Assembly (NCBI GenBank): GCA_013115145.1
Contig: JAAPAO010000040.1
Coordinates: forward strand, 45,983-109,982
Reading direction: 5' to 3'
Length of the DNA stretch: 64,000 bases
From: Perkinsus chesapeaki ATCC PRA-425
Taxonomy: Eukaryota > Protista > Perkinsozoa
Position numbers and translations under genes: made by a program. Positions 17,517 through 30,637 of the stretch are shown in pieces (positions within the stretch are counted from its first letter, which is position 1; every line of letters starts with the position of its first letter). Under the pieces are notes generated by a model. It was not told the DNA's origin. It ran no database searches and was given only the letters and a program-made list of their open reading frames with translations.

Positions 17517-20500
17517 CTAATAATCGACGGTTTTATCACAGCAGCACGCCGTCGTCCGCTGGAAACGAGTCTCTAGTCGGTGGACCGGCGGCCCTCGCGG
17601 CCTTTGCCTTCGCCTCGGCTCGCGCGTAACGGAACCTATGCGAAAAGATATGCCCTTTGAGGAGCAGGCACTTACCCCGGAGGCAGAAGCCGGCCGTTGG
17701 GTGCAAAAAGGGGGCGCTCGGGCAACGATCTTGGTTGCTGCCAAGGCTGACTGTTCTGCCATACGGACGAGGAGGAGACCGACGTAGACGTACTCGTGTA
17801 AGCAGTCCATGGCAGCGCCGCCGGTGTCTGGGGCAACTATTGGTAATAATCTAAACGTCTACGGCCTACTGCTGTCGATGCCGCTGATGAGGATGAACCG
17901 CCAATCGGTGGAGCCGAGATTTGACTATACCAAGCCGCCGCCTGTCCCGACTGCTCCCATTCAGCCCTCTGACAGCGACTTCTGTGTCTGAGCGAGGCCA
18001 CTGCTCAACTGCACTGGAAAAGGGTTACTCACTTCTGACCGGCAATGTGGCCCTCAACTGATGCCCAGGCCTGTGGTCGAGCATCGCAAAGTGTACAATA
18101 GAAACAGTCCGGCCGTAGTTCAATGAATTTCGGCAGGTCTTCCTGTTTAATTACGGGAACGCCGCCGCCACCACTCTGCCCCGCCGAGGAGCTCACAGCT
18201 GCCGCTATCTCCTCCTTGGACGGCGACTGAGGACGGCCGTACTTAAGGACACTTCACAAGCCTTACATTGGTCAGCTGCATATCCTGGATGGCCTTCATT
18301 CGTGTCTCTTCCGACTGCAGCTGCATCCAACGCAGATACCGTTGATGTTTGTCCGACTGTAGATGGACGCTCATAATGTCGAAGGAGATGCAAGTCTTCT
18401 TATGACAGAGCTCGCAATAAAGCCAGCCCTCCTCCAGACCTACCACACCCATCCTCCATGCCCTCAACCACCGAACCTTACCATCGTATTTCTTGCCGTC
18501 GGACAAGCCAATAAAATTATGCTCTAAAATGGCCTTCTGATCTTTGGGAAGGCTGTCATAGTCCTTCTGTGGATCCCATCCAGGAGGCATGTCCCATGAC
18601 GACTTGGAGTAACCTACAAAATGACATCCTACCCCACATAATACGCCATCGCCTGAATGTATATCAACACTACTATCACACCCATTACACTTCACGGAGA
18701 CTGGAGACATTTCCGAGGAAATAACACTAGGGCCCTCCAGAGTAAAGACGAGACTACCGAGGGCTTTACCGGGATGAAGAAGTGTGGAAGGATTGATATC
18801 AACAACAACAGGAGCATCAACAACCCTCAGTGCTGCTTGCCATCCTAGCAGTACTTTTTCTATCATTCCCTCCGCGATCTTGATCGCGTCGTCTGTTCGG
18901 ATCCCAAGAGCTCTTCCACAGGCTGCCACCCAGTGCCCTGGAATTCGAAGGGGAATTGCTTCCTAAAGAGATATCTTATAGCCCCCACTCGCCTCCAGCC
19001 CCCTCATCCGGTATTCACCAACCGCCTAACCCTTACCCCATTTATCCGATTTCTTCCACGACGACGCACTTGGCTTCTGTTCCTCCTCTTCCTCCTCATC
19101 CTTCCTTTTACCACTAGACGGTGGTGGCGGTTTCTTCGTTTGTGCAGCAGCCTCTGACAACACCCAAGCGTTACACAACCTAAATGTCGGCCACTCAGTG
19201 TACCTTGCTCTGTCGGAGGCTCATTCTCCGGGCCATCGGCAGGGTAGGAGTTGGCGCCCCCTTTAAAAGGCTCCTTCCTAACAAAATCAGTGCAAGAACC
19301 CAGCCTCCTCCCTGTATTACCTAGCATCGCTGCCCACATCGGCAGCAACCGCTTGAGTCGTAGCCCCACTGAGTAACACTGGACGATCATCGCCGCGCTG
19401 CTCCACGGACCTGGGACGAAGTGAAGGATGAGCATAAGAGCTGGAGAGCCATCACCTGCCTTGACGCCCAATGTCGTCCCCCATAGAAGGCATGACAATC
19501 AAACGGGGGAAAATCAACTACTATGTTATTGCATCACACGGTGTTAACTCGACACCGTATACCACAACCACTACTACATATGATGGTGATGTTGAGGAGG
19601 CTGAAGGAATAATGATTGCCATTTCATGTCCAGCCACCATTTACAATATACTCAACTCAAAGGCCTTTGAAAAGCCCATAGGTAGTAGTAGTAATTCGAA
19701 TCCTTCCCCACGTTCTATCCTATTTCAGTCGATATCAACTCAACAAGGTATATTGGCATTGACACCATATGCATCGACTACACAGGCGTGATGATGCTGA
19801 AACATATTGCAAAGAGAATAATAACACTATCCCTCACGATCTAGGAGGATCAATACACCTCACCGTTCCAAGTAGCGGTTTTCAAAGTACATATGTTTTA
19901 CCATGAAGTAGTTGCGATGTCCTCCATCTGATGTCAGCAGCCATGCGATCCTCAGAATACCAACTGCCTTACCCTGGTGGAAGCATCACTCCATTACGAG
20001 CATACAACGGGGGCTCCTCCAATCGCTGCTTCAGGCGTTGTCCAGGCGGCGGTAAAGTGGGCTTGGGTGGCAGCAGTAATGCTGGCTCTGTAGGGCTGCC
20101 CGGCAGCGGCCCCACCTGCACAGCCGGCAATGTCGCTTAAATCCAGGCCAAGTCTCACGTGTGAGCAAGAGACCATGGTGACGGTTGGGCTATCAGCAGT
20201 AGTAGACACCGAGCCTATTGATGGTGGTGGCGATGATGCTCTTCTTGTTGATTGTTGGTTTAGTTTATCAAGCTTCTCCTGGTGCCTGAGGAACAACAAT
20301 TTCACAACAATATCTTCTCGCGACTTCCCCTCAGCACGAGCGTCAAGTAGCTCACCTCCTTCCCCTAACATGTGCCCACATATCGTTTATATTGTATGGT
20401 TTGGCGTCACAGAGGCCACAATGATAGTACCCCTCGGATCTCAGACACATAAACTCTGGCAACGGCACTTCGTCATCACCGATGACCACTCGTGGCCCCT

Positions 20501-23500
20501 CCGTGCTTATCTTCACACGACTCCCTCCTATCGTTATGCAATCCAGCAGCCCATCAAGGGATCCCTGAGGCCGAAGCGCCCTAAAAGCTTTCCAGGCAAA
20601 ATACTATTAGATTGCTGGCAAATCATAGCAATGGTAGTTCATTGTTGTTCGAATACCACCCCCTAATTCACGTCCCCTTTCTCGAACAGGTTACCATTCC
20701 ATAAAATATCATCATACCGTTTTAGCCATGACATAGATTTGCGAAAGCCACACCATCGAAATATTCTTCAGTTTATACGAATCCGTTAGGTCACGACTAC
20801 GATTGTTGTTGTCAGGGAACTTACCGATGCCAGAGTCCTCTCCGCCTCAGAACCTGCCGTGCCCCCCGGTAGAGTTATATTAACTATGACAGTAGTGCTA
20901 GTAGGCTTCACATCTTTCTTAACAGTCTTATTCACTTTATTATACCATACCTTAACACACAACAACATGCCTGAGTAGCAAAGCCTCTACTATTAGGAGG
21001 TACGCATGCACTCTAGAAACTGGCAATACCGATCCATTAGAAGTATTGATGCTGGTCGCGACAGACCTCCCCATGGTTCTAAGGACGCCCAATGTGTCCT
21101 CCAGCTGCTGACGATCACACACCTTCTTGTGCCTGGCAAGAAGCGCCCTCCCTCCCACTGGCTACTCGCTAAGGATGATACTTGAGGCTAGTTAGATGGT
21201 CTCCTAGGCTCCAAGCTGTCATGTATCCAGTGCCGCACAGTGTACAGATGAAACCCTTATGCGATCGAATGATGAACCATGGCAGGCCACCATCAGACTT
21301 GCTACCTTCAGATTCGACCGGGGCCATCACCTATGACATGTTCCGCGCGCCCTACATCCAGCCCCTACCTTATTCGAAAAAGCTGCCAACTTCGCACGGT
21401 GGCCGTGCGAGGCCACATGGCCAAGCATTATCTCATACCTGTTACACTTCTTATCACAGAGCTCACAGTACAGCCAACCAGCTGCTACATCTAAACACCT
21501 GATACTGTGTAAAAGGGGGACATGCCCACCAACCTCGATGCCGCTTTCCATCCGTTGTTAATATACAGTTGGCTGCCAAGAAAACTCGCTGGTCCTTGGA
21601 GAGGCCTAGTCCAAACCGTCCAATGACTAATAGAAGCTCCTCTGCTTACCTGCCTCTGCCGAAGGCATGGCCACCGACCCGCCACAGGAGATACCCCCAG
21701 AGCCTGAGAGTGCTTCCCAGCTTGCTATTGGCTGTAGCGGTTGCCCCATCTACTTGATTGATGATGCCAAGCTCCATCTGTGGTATCCGCCTCCGACACC
21801 GTCCCTCCTACTAAAGGCATGGGACCAATGGCACCACCTCATAATATTGTAGACTACTTCAACACCACCGGGAGAGGTAGGATGAATAAAAAACGACAAA
21901 GCACGGGGGGATACACGATTGAGGGAGCGACCGGATAGACTTAAGATTCGCCAAGTTGAGAACGCTGTCGAATCCACCACCGGTACCTGCATAAAGAAGT
22001 AACCGCCTGGGATGCCATAACCTACCCCGGAGGTAGAGGCCAACCGTTGGACCCGTACATGGGCCGCATATCCATTTCAAATAAGGACTGGGTTTTCTGA
22101 GACGGCCGATTCAATGGAGATGGCGGAGGAGGCAAAGGGGGCATTGATGCGGTACTCATGGCCGACTCGAAGCTGCTAAGCGCGTCCTGAAGGGGAGTGG
22201 CAGCACATCCGACATATCCTAACACTGAGAGATATCATATATCATAGACTTACACAAGCAAACGAGTAAATTTTGGTAAGGCTAAGGTGGGGAAAGGAGT
22301 CCTATTAAGAATTCACTAATTATACTAGCGAGAAGTTGGACAAGATGATGGAAAATCACAACAACTACGCCGAACCTCTCTCACTAGTGCCAATTACGAC
22401 CACCAAGCCGCCCAAGGCACATTAGCGATTGGTGGCGCAGGGATAGACCCGAATACACTGTCCCAAATCGACAGCTGGCCGCCTTACATCATCTGGCTCC
22501 TTAGCCACCACCCCGGGGCGCAGAAGGCCATGACCATCAGGGTTGCTCACGACCTCTCTCCGCCATGCCTCCCTCTCGACTGCTGATTTATGCCTAATAG
22601 AGAGCTACAAACTACGATGAATAAAGTATCACTTCTGGCCCTTTAAGTGACACTCAAGGCTCCACTCTGTGTTTGGGTGTTTATCGCACAGCGTGCAGTG
22701 GTACGTGCCGTCCGCCTCCTCCACTATAAACTCGGACAGTGACTCTGATGCCCCCGAAGCCTGTGACAATCCCTACCCAACAAGTAGGCCCTACGCTAGG
22801 AAGTGAGGCTGCTCACCGCTTTGGTCGAAACCGGCAGCTCTCCCTTGTCCTCGTAGTAGAGTAGGTTATGCTTATGCTTTTTAGACTGCAGGTGAGGTAG
22901 CATGACGCTAAATATGATATGGGTCTTCTTCTCACATACAGTACACACCAGCCATCCCTCCTCATCTACACGAAGGCACTCCCTCTCTATATCCCAGCAG
23001 TCACCGTACTACCTCCAATGGACACTCCGTCACTTAGGAATACTTTATTGTGCCTCAGTATCGCCTGCTCCTCCAATGTCATACGGTTAAACTCTGCCAC
23101 TGGATCATAGCCCTTCCAAGCTGACAAGTGGCAAGCTGAAGACTACCAAAACGAGCAAGGCCTCACCACTGCTGCAGCTAGTCGGTGGCCGTAGACCATC
23201 AGGAACCAGCAACCCAGACCATGTGGAGGTGTCAGCTACACTGGATGGCGCCCAGACACCTACAAGTCCACTATAGCAGGTACAGTATGAGTGTTGGTAC
23301 TACTGGTAGAGGGGTGCACAGTCGATATCTCTGAGGGACTGAGACCGACACTAGTATTCAGGGCGCCTGTGCCTAATAAATGCTCCTGTAAGAGTTGGTG
23401 ACTGTTGAGTATGACACGATGCATTACATATCCCTTATCCTTTCCAAGCAACATATTTACTATCAACCTCCCCATCTCCACAATAGGAAGCACAATATGA
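17517..23500 (-). CDS. Array of three paired U1/matrin/JAZ-like C2H2 zinc-finger units (one to three genes)
   Basis: Six fingers read manually: WLVCTVCEKK...HLQSKKH (~22890-22960), YHCTLCDKHP...HLKGQK|H (~22630-22720), WLYCELCDKK...HVASHGH (~21400-21480), YHCGLCDAKP...HVRGRR|H (~20355-20430), WLYCELCHKK...HLQSDKH (~18345-18430) and FYCTLCDARP...HIAGQK|H (~18035-18110). Confidence 0.75.
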
Positions 23501-24316
23501 GACCGGTGGTTTAGTCAATCAAATCCCTCCCTGGTTCCCCCACCCATTATTACCCCAAGTGTCCTTCTTCCCCCATTCCTCTTCATCCTTATAAAAAGTA
23601 CCCCGCCATCCTCCTGTAGACTGAGTAGCCATCGACTTTGTTGAGTCGTCAGATGTTGGCCAGCCCTGGGACCTGAGCTCACAAGCCTGACTACTGTACA
23701 TACATCCTTCTTGGGAGGAAAGTCTGCACTATAATATAGATAACGCTGTAGTGGTGCATTGGTGGTATATTATCTGCCTCTGGTATAACCCCTACTTAAT
23801 AGACCCCCAGACTATCACGCTCGTCCCCTCCCAGTTAGAATAGCTCACCACGAGTACATGCAAGCGATTGATCTGCGAATGCACATCGCCTCCCCTTTGG
23901 ATACTTACCTGATATTAGCCTGGTATCTCCTATCGTCACCACTGCCACTATTCGACATCGCTCCCCTACTGGATAGCAATGTTGCACAGAGTACCGCACC
24001 GCAGCCCTACCCATGCTCCATGTAAATACGTGTGCTATGATTAGATATACTTGAATCCTCTGGTATAGACCTGATACTGACACCTCTAGCCACGCAAAAC
24101 ACCAGTAGCTACCAAAGTGCCCCCGACGATCCTCCAGTACAATCTTCCATCCACAGAAATCGAGGACAATAAAAACAATCTAATGAGGTTAGCATGCTCC
24201 TACGAAGTTTAGCAGATGAGATCCACCGTTCGCCGGTACAGACCTTTCCTCCCTTTATAGTATTACAATACTCAACACAACAACAGACAGGATGTCTCAT
24301 GACACCAACATGTATA

Positions 24317-25292
24317 TCATACCTGAGTAATGCGTTGCTGGTTCTTCAGGGCTAAATGCTGGCCTAAGCCACGCTGGATGCCTATGAGGAAAGATTCATA
24401 AAAGGTTGGAATACAGGCCTACTGTTGCGAAGTCCAAAGACGTTCTCGCCATATGTCCCTCGGGCAAAGCCTGTGTAACTACACATCCGAATAGTCCGAT
24501 AATAACAACAGTACTTCTGCTGCCTACCGAGGGACATGCATTCCTATTGCAGGTTGCTCCAGACCGTAGCCCTCCTGGCCTGGTGACCGCCCAGCATAAT
24601 CGACATGAATTCCTATGAATCCGTTAACAGCAGCTAATAGATGTCCGTCTTACCTGTGAAGGGGCAAGTACTGGTTCCTCGTCGCATATGCATGTAGCTG
24701 CTACTATGGACCGGTATCTCCCTATGGCCGTCCGACTCTACTCTGGGGACCTGATGCTGAGGCCTCCCCTCAGGCCCTAGAGGGAAGTAGTTCACCATGG
24801 TATTATCATTGGTAAATATATAACCACTCCGAAGCTTGCCATCTCCCTCGTACGTTCCCATCTCGAAGGGCCTAACATGAAATTGCTAGGAACGTTGACC
24901 ACGGTCATCATACCGATTAATCCGACCAAACTCGGAGATATCATGGGCACTGAGGCTCCTGTTGAGGGTATTGGTCCACGAGGTGCCTATGGAGGAGCTC
25001 ATCACCGTGGAGCAGCTACAGGCAAGGGCTTCGCTACCAAAGACGTTCTCGGCTACTTTGCCGGGGACAAATCCCATGTATCCTGGAATGCCATCCTGGA
25101 TGCTAAGAACCTACTGAGAGCTTAGCGTGTAAGATACACAAGAGGTTGATTCACCGTCCTTGGCTGGAGTGGGGGAAGCTGGCTACTCGTAGCTATTCTG
25201 GATTCTCGGTAGTCCCCCGCAATGGGAGTAGATATCCCTGAAAGGAGCCTTCGGGGAAGCTGGAGCGTGGAGGTATTGCTCACCTCGGGCAT
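24317..25292 (-). CDS. PYG-repeat (FAM166/DUF2475-like) putative ciliary microtubule inner protein
   Basis: Two repeats after splicing: GIPGYMGFVPGKVAENVFG(TSW) at ~25040-25095 and HVPR|..YTGFARGTYGENVFG at ~24435-24545. Confidence 0.6.
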
Positions 25293-25878
25293 CCATAAGT
25301 GAATGAACACTCCTCCGAGTGGATAAGAAGGTAGATGACGAGCGGCTAGTGTCAACCTTAAAAGATATGCCGTGGAGTATCTTTGAAGTCGTTTCAACCT
25401 ATTTTGTGAATTTAGGTGATGACAGAAGATATATGTAATAACATTTTATAACGAAGCACCGGAATTCTACTGGAAGTTGGTCTCAAAAGATACAAAGTAG
25501 GTTACTTAGGCCACCTTCGGCAAAGTTCACTTCCCCAGTGATTCTGATTTAGGCTGTATGTCCTGCGCAGTATATTCTTATTCTATAGCCATAGTATCCC
25601 TTGCCATCCAGTCACGCGCCATTAAATTACTACCGTGGATCCACTTCTCCGTGATGTTCCTCTTGACCGAGCTGTCCTTTTGCTTTCCATAACTACTGCT
25701 GTTCAGCGAACAGGGCCGATGATGACGCCAGGTAATTTTGTGGCGCGTGACTGAGTATCGACATCGCGCACGCCCCAGGCCTGCTAAATTTTTGTGTGTA
25801 GTGTGGATCTCTCTTGACACTCTTACGTTTGTTGACCTATAGATACGCTCCTGATCAGGTGACTGTGTTTAGTCATCT

Positions 25879-28800
25879 ATGTCATATTATCATCAATCTC
25901 CTTTCGGCGGTCAAAGCTCAGGATCCGTCCCTGTACAGTCCTCCCCATTCCCAGGGGCACCACAGATGGGAGGAGGAGCCCCACCACTACCAGGCCAACA
26001 ACAACAACAGCAGATGGGCCCTAGTGGTACGCGGGAGGGAAACGTTGGGCATCGCACTATAAAGAATTTTCCGCGTGATATCTATTAGCTTGAATATCTA
26101 TAGGAATCTCAGGTCCATACGGTGTACCACCACCGATGCCTGGTGGACCACCACCAGTAGCGCCCCCAACTGGTCAGCCCATCATTGGCCCTCCTCCCCT
26201 GCCAGGCCAACAGATACCTGGGCCACCACCTTCCTATGGTATTATCTATTGTGCTTACTTTGTATATTTTATTATTAGCGTCAACACCCACGAACGCTGC
26301 ACCAGGCCAGGCATTCGAGTTTATGTCCGCACCAGCGCCTTCAAACAATCAGCCACCAGTCCATCATGGGGGAGTTCACCATGGGGGTGGTATGGCTCAT
26401 GGGGGTATGGCACCTGCAGGTGGACAGGTCCTAGAGGTAAAAAGGTTATTAAGGGAACGCAGAGGGAATGGGTCTGCTTCAGACCGCCGAATGCGATCCT
26501 GCTCTTAACGCTCGACCAGAGTTCATGAGGGGTACCTTCAGTGTCATGCCGGGCAGCGAATCTACGCAGCTTAAGGCGAAGCTACCTATAGGTAATGTTT
26601 GGGGATCGAAAGGTATCTGGTTCAATCCACACATCTGTCCTTTTAGGTTTTTTCTGTCAACCACTGGCCCCTACTGAAAGTCAGGTTCCTGTAGCTGATG
26701 TTATCCACAGATGCGCCCGATGTCGAACGTAGGCCTCTCTCTTGCAGCCAGCCTGCCTCATGAAGATCCCTTCAGGTACTTGAACCCGTTCGCGTCGTTG
26801 AACCTCCAGCTTCGACGGTGGATATGCAACCTTTGCGGCCACTCCAACGGCATTGATGTCTACGAGCCTCCGCCGGAGATGACTTGTGGCACGGTGGATT
26901 TCATCGCCACTCAGGACTATATGGTGGGGAATGCATTAGCCCTCAAATGTTAGGTGGTGTGTCGCGCAGGTTCGACCCCCGGTACCGCCTGTTTATGTGT
27001 TCTGTTTCGAGAAGAGCTACACTGCTGTTTCCACCGGTCTTGTCCGTGTGGCCGCCAATGCCATTAAGGAAGCCCTCCCCAACTTACCTGAGCGATCACA
27101 GATAGCGTTGATGACATTCGACGATAGAAGTGTTAGCGTATTTGACTTGAAGGTAGGAAAGCTGGTCAGATAGTAGAACGCGAACAAGGGGAAAGCCAGT
27201 AGGCAGACTCTAGGCATCGACTGCGGTGCCCTCCTATGTGTGATTGGAAGACTGTTGGGGAATTTAGGGCGGCTGGTTTATTGCTGAGGAGAGATAGGTG
27301 TATCGGTAACATAGGCATTTAGCATAAAAAGTGATGGATGATGAGAACCCACTGATATTGTTGTAATATCACTATAGATATTTAGTAATGCTAGACAAGC
27401 AATGGTGACAGCGTCTCGATGCAAGTGATCGTAGCATTACCACCGAATACCTGCATGTTATTTCAGAGTGCCAATGGTACAGAGTATGTCATCACCGATG
27501 TGGACGATCCCTTCCTACCACAACCGATGGATAGCCTTCTTGTGGATGTCTTTGATGATGCTGTGAGTGGCACAATTACTACCGTCTTGGATAGTCTGGC
27601 GGATATGAACCCACCCTCGGTAGCTAGCGATTGCTGCTGTGTTACGGCAGCGGTAAAGATGGCCAATCTTATGATGAGACATTTGGGCGGAAAGCTGAGC
27701 ATCTTCTCCTGCACCAAGCCGATCGAGCTCACACCGGCGAAACTGAAGAAGGAGGAGAGGGCCCCAGGTAGGAGGAGGAGGTCCTTGTCACAGTGGCGGT
27801 GTAGCTTATGTTTTAGATGCTACCAGCATGGTCTCGCCAGCAACTTCTGTCTTCAAGGATATGACATCGGATCTGATTGCAGTCCAAATCACAGTGGAGC
27901 TATTCGTTGCCACGGACAACTTGCATATGGTAATTGCGGGGTGTGGGATTCGAACCTGCGCCGTTCAATTGATGGGTTAGGATCTCGCCTCGCTGGCTCC
28001 ACTAGCCAAGTACACTGGAGGTGATATGCGGTACTATCCACTATTCCGAGAAGCGTTCCAGGGAGAGCAGCTCCGTCAGGATGTCATCCACATGCTCACC
28101 CGTAAGATTCTTCATCTCTTTTAAGTCCGTCATTCCCCCTCGTTCAGGTGAGACTGGCTTCGAGGCTGTTATGAAGTTCCGAGTATCACCAGGCTACCAG
28201 CTGAAGAGTTACCATGGTCATCTCTTCCAACGGTAGGTCTCTCTTCTGTGGCCATTGGCTCATTTCTGTTATACAGGACACGAGATCTATTGGTGGCCCC
28301 GAACTGCACTGAGGATGAGACCTTCGGCTGTATTGTTGGAGTCAATAAAGACGTACTAGCCTTCATCATACCGCCTCGAACTTGTCCTCTCATCAGTTCT
28401 CGGGCCCACAAGCGCGGTCAGTGTGCATACAGGCGGCCCTGCTGTACACATCATCAGCAGGCGAGCGCCGCATCCGAGTGAACACGGCTCAGTTCCCGAA
28501 GTCACTGGATGTAGGCTTGATGTCAAAGTTGAGTGGGGGAATGAGTATCTTAGGTTGAAGCTGTGATGGCATCCTGTGATGCCCAGGCAACTGCTATCAT
28601 TATGGGCAAGTACGCCATCAACGAGTCGAGGAATGTCAGTGATGCTCGAAAGTAATGGACGGCCTTTGGGAATAAGGGGGCAACGAGTGACGGTCTGCTT
28701 AGGTATCTTCTGGACACAACACAGGCGGTTATGTCCGGCCCTAACGGTCGGTTGGAAAACCTAGACCAGCTTCCAGGGTAGGTGGTTGCCATAGAGAACA

Positions 28801-30203
28801 CTGAAGCAGCTGAGAGCATATTGTTTAGGCTTGTTCTTGGTCTGTTAAAGAGCGATGTCTTCAGTACAGCTGGTGATATTACTAGGGACATGAGAGCCTA
28901 CGAAGCTCACAGGTGGGAGGAGGAGGCTACGACTATCTGCCGGCAATAGCATGCTTGATAGGTTCGAGTCCCTGCCTATTACGCTCGGTGATGCCCTGGC
29001 GAGCCCTAGGATGTTTGCTGTAGGTCACTTTGCGATTGTCGAGGTGTCAAGGATACATCAGGTCCATAACCTAGCTGGCACTCGTGCAGGATACCCCATC
29101 GAGGGTGATGAAGGGGAGCGGATAGAAATGCCAGAGGAGGTGATGAAGTCACCATTTAGGGCGGCGGCGCGTCAGGGGCAACTGTTGTTGTGTTAGATTC
29201 ATCCTCTTTCGGCATCATCTATGAGCGCTGATGGAGCCTTCATGATTGAGGATGGCGAGAACATCTTCCTATGGTATGTGCATGCGTGCAGCAGCAGCAG
29301 CAGCTTGACTGTGATGCCGGCCTTTTGATATTAGGTTGGGCCAAGGTATATCAAGTCAATTTTTGAACGGAGTGTTCGGTGTGGGTTCCCTAGTAGAGAT
29401 CGCCACTGAGCTGGGCTCAGGAGCTATCGTCAGCACGGGGGATGACAACTGTAAGAGTTGAGGAAATGTCGGTATGGGGAGAATGTTCACTGTTTTTAGC
29501 ACTTCGAATTGTTAATATAATAGAGCAGATTAGACGGGATCGTCATCATTACATGCCTCTGATCATCCTGCCTCAAGGACACCCACAGGAGAACAAGTAA
29601 GCAGCTTCGGAGGCCTCGGGTTCGATTCCTTGTTACGACATTATTCCAGGTTTTTCGAGAGGCTTGTTGCAGACCGTACAGCGGGTACACAGATATCCTA
29701 CGAAGAGTTTATGCAAAGACTAGGGGTAAGGAAATACCACATAGAAGGTCTCGCTGGGCAACTCTCTGTCAGCTTCGCGGACAAGGCGTACCGGGAGCCA
29801 CAGCCGCCCCTATGGGCAACTTCCCACAGCAGCAAATGAATGGTCCGCCGTCGGCAATGCCTCAGCAACCGCCACATATGGCCTCTCCACCTCAAGGAGC
29901 TACTGGAAGAAATACACCGATGGCTGCTATGGGTAAGGCTAGGGTAATCTAGTGATGATTTGACGAAAGTGTGGTATGATGTTAGCACCGCCCGCTCTGG
30001 CCGGTAAAACTGGTATGGCCCAAGGCCCTCCACCGCCTCCGCCGATGATGTCAGGAACTCCTGGTGGTAACTATGGCCGTCAGGTAGCTGAAGTGATTGG
30101 CATGTAAAAAGGAAGCTGGGTATGTTCTTAGGCACCTCCTCCTCCACCGCCACCTATGGGAAATAACTACTCCCATCCCCCTCACCAGGGTTACAGACAA
30201 TAG
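25879..30203 (+). CDS. SEC24: COPII coat subunit Sec24, divergent paralogue 1
   Basis: P/G/Q-rich N-terminus; zinc finger RCARCRTYLNPF...WICNLCGHSN; YM|VRPP; trunk domain (DVDDPFLP); GFEAVMKFRVS; RDLLVAPNC; gelsolin-like region; Pro-rich tail ending HQGYRQ*. Confidence 0.9.
27930..27980 (-). other. tRNA-3'-end-like fragment (T-loop plus acceptor 3' strand), antisense, filling a 51-nt intron
   Basis: Reverse complement reads GGCGCAGGTTCGAATCCCACACCCCGCA. There is no D-arm or 5' half, so it is not a tRNA gene. Confidence 0.55.
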
Positions 30204-30637
30204 GGCCTTCAAGTTATACCAGACTACCGATGATTGTCACCTCGCCTCCCATGGAAGGATTATACAGGCGTATCGTTGTTGCTGCTGCTGTAAGCTTATA
30301 AAATGAAGAGTATACTTGTTCCTCTCCTACTCCTGTCTCCATTGTCTCTGATGATTCTGTCCTTCTCCTACCGTCCTCTCATCACAGCCGCCCCACATAA
30401 GGGTGATATTGTTTATTTGGTTTCATCAGAAACGGAAACCCTACTGGAAAGTGGTGGCTGCTGCTGCTTGAGGGGATGTCACTGGTTTCGGCGTGTTCGG
30501 TTTGGAGTTTAGTTGAGTAATTCTAGAGTAATTAGATTGGCGGCTGTTACTCAAGTATCTGGATGGCCTCCAGGATCGGCTGGATGGCGACCTCCTCTTT
30601 GTTATTGTTGCAGTCGCTTTTTTGGGTTGATTTTATC

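Noticed and set aside
28961-28972. GGTTCGAGTCCC B-box-like word
   Set aside because: It is the ag|GTTCGAG exon start encoding RFESL in Sec24-1; likewise 26969 and 32240 encode VRPP.
30303-30512. 69-aa hydrophobic ORF between the Sec24 genes
   Set aside because: Probably UTR or intergenic pyrimidine-rich sequence; no supporting motif.
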